Source of the DNA: Isurus oxyrinchus
Lineage: Eukaryota
Assembly: GCA_026770705.1 (NCBI GenBank)
Contig: JANJGN010000026.1
Span: forward strand, 37,386,001 to 37,450,000
Length of the DNA: 64,000 bases
Reading direction: 5' to 3'
Shown in pieces: positions 62,727 to 64,000 of this stretch. The translations under genes were made by a program, and so were the position numbers. A model generated the notes under the pieces. It saw only the letters and a list, made by a program, of their open reading frames with translations, was not told the DNA's origin and made no database searches. Positions within the stretch are counted from its first letter, which is position 1; every line of letters begins with the position of its first letter.

Positions 62727-63044
62727 AGTTCTAGTACAGTCTCCTCCCCTCCTTGTCTCCCCGTGTTTCACCGCACTGTATTAAACCGCAGCATCTGAGA
62801 ACTTAACCGAGTGAACGGTGAGAGTGGCAGAGCCTTTCTCACCCTCCATAGATACCTTAAACCTTCCCTTAACCCTTTCATCACTGAATATGGAGCCGAG
62901 ATGCTGGGGAGTTCGATTGCAGAATTGCTGATACGAGAATATAAGTTCATTTACAGCAAAAGTAGAGTTATGGTTAAGCAAAATTATTTCTGTTGCGTTC
63001 CTGAAAAACCGATATCTGATTTTTTTCCCATTGGGAGCATGTAG
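62727..63044 (-). pseudogene. Degenerate TCR-type V with 23-RSS
   Basis: FSYQQFCNRTPQHLGSIFSDERVKGRFKVSMEGEKGSATLTVHSVKFSDAAV*YSAVK (YYC decayed); CACGGGG(62765-59), 23 nt, ACTAGAACT(62735-27). Confidence 0.8.
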
Positions 63045-63432
63045 CTTTCAAAATAAGAAGAAAATTAACATATTGAGATATACAAGGGAAATTAAATAAA
63101 GTGATTGTGGAAATAGGTAGAATAACCTCATGAATCCACTCATCTGCCTATCCACCCTTGGTCCACCTGAGTTAGCGGTTCTGTAAGAATAGCCCATAAT
63201 TATCAGCTATAGGAACTGTAGATCTGAGAGCTTTCATTACCTCTGTTCGCAAATCGATATTCCGGAGAGGCTCGGAGCTATTAACCCTATAAATGGCGGC
63301 GTGGAGTTAAGTTTACATATTTCCCAAAACTGCTTCTCTGTGGATTTGTTCAAGGACAAACAGGACAATAAAACTGCGGTAAATAGACCTGTCTGTTTCC
63401 CTTCTCTGGAACCCGGGAGCAAAAACCGCTCA

Positions 63433-63754
63433 GGTTTTTGTACGGTGTTGTGGCTGTGATCTAACGCTGTTCCTCATTAGACAGTAATACACCTCCACAC
63501 TCAATTCGATTATATTGAGGCAACCGTTCTTTTGAGACTGGTCAGCAGCCGCCAGATATCGTCCTGAAATGTCATCTTCTTTCAGTGCTAAGGTAACGGT
63601 AATAATCCATCTTGGTGGCTGTGCAGTTTGCTGCCGGTACCATTGCATGTAGTACATATTCTGATCTGTATACTCACAGTCTAACTGCACCGAACCCCCT
63701 TCTGACACTGTTATTCCACCGGGGACTGAGTTACTGGATCTGCTTATAGCCTGC
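63433..63754 (-). pseudogene. TCR-type V pseudogene with dead heptamer
   Basis: DPVTQSP/..VSEGGSVQLDCEYTDQNMYYMQWYRQQTAQPPRWIIT..GCLNIIELSVEVYYCLMR. TAA near the 5' end, 1-nt frameshift, FR3 lacks the DxA motif. Heptamer AACAGCG (63471-65), 23 nt, nonamer ACAAAAACC (63441-33). Confidence 0.88.
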
Positions 63755-64000
63755 CTGTGAGGAAGAGAAATGAAATATCAAGCGGTTAAGCAATGTTGAT
63801 CAAAATTTGTTTCTAACTGTGTGAGTTTGTGGAACCTCCTATCGACCTAGCTGTCCATCACATGGATATTTCTGATCGTTAATTGTTTTAAATATTGTCG
63901 CAACCTCTTAACCGCAGATTAATCTAATCTGCCTTGATGAATTTAATCCAGTGTTTACTGTCCAACAGCGCCGCCAGTATTATCAGAAACTTGTCTGAGT

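Overview
Cartilaginous-fish (shark-type) genomic DNA from a mixed immunoglobulin/T-cell-receptor antigen-receptor region; the species cannot be named from sequence alone. On the minus strand there is an intact germline IgM-type heavy-chain cluster: leader-VH-D1-D2-JH (11237-13004) with a complete 23 / 12-22 / 12-12 / 23 RSS set. No constant exon was recognised downstream in the window, which has an assembly gap at 5409-5568. The right third holds TCR alpha/delta-type V segments: one intact (55511-55970, minus) and at least three pseudogenes in both orientations. There is also a leaderless, CDR1-cysteine V resembling the supporting V-delta of NAR-TCR (40740-41035, plus), followed by a triplicated 62-bp 23-RSS unit. 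An orphan, decayed IgH transmembrane exon lies among the TCR Vs (57183-57309, plus). Between the Ig and TCR parts are a ~23 kb domain dominated by a 27/54-bp minisatellite in both orientations and a decayed tRNA cluster. The rest is CR1- and L2-like LINE fragments, SINEs, Penelope-like GIY-YIG elements with hammerhead-like 3' motifs, and simple repeats. Everything was read by eye; repeat boundaries are approximate.
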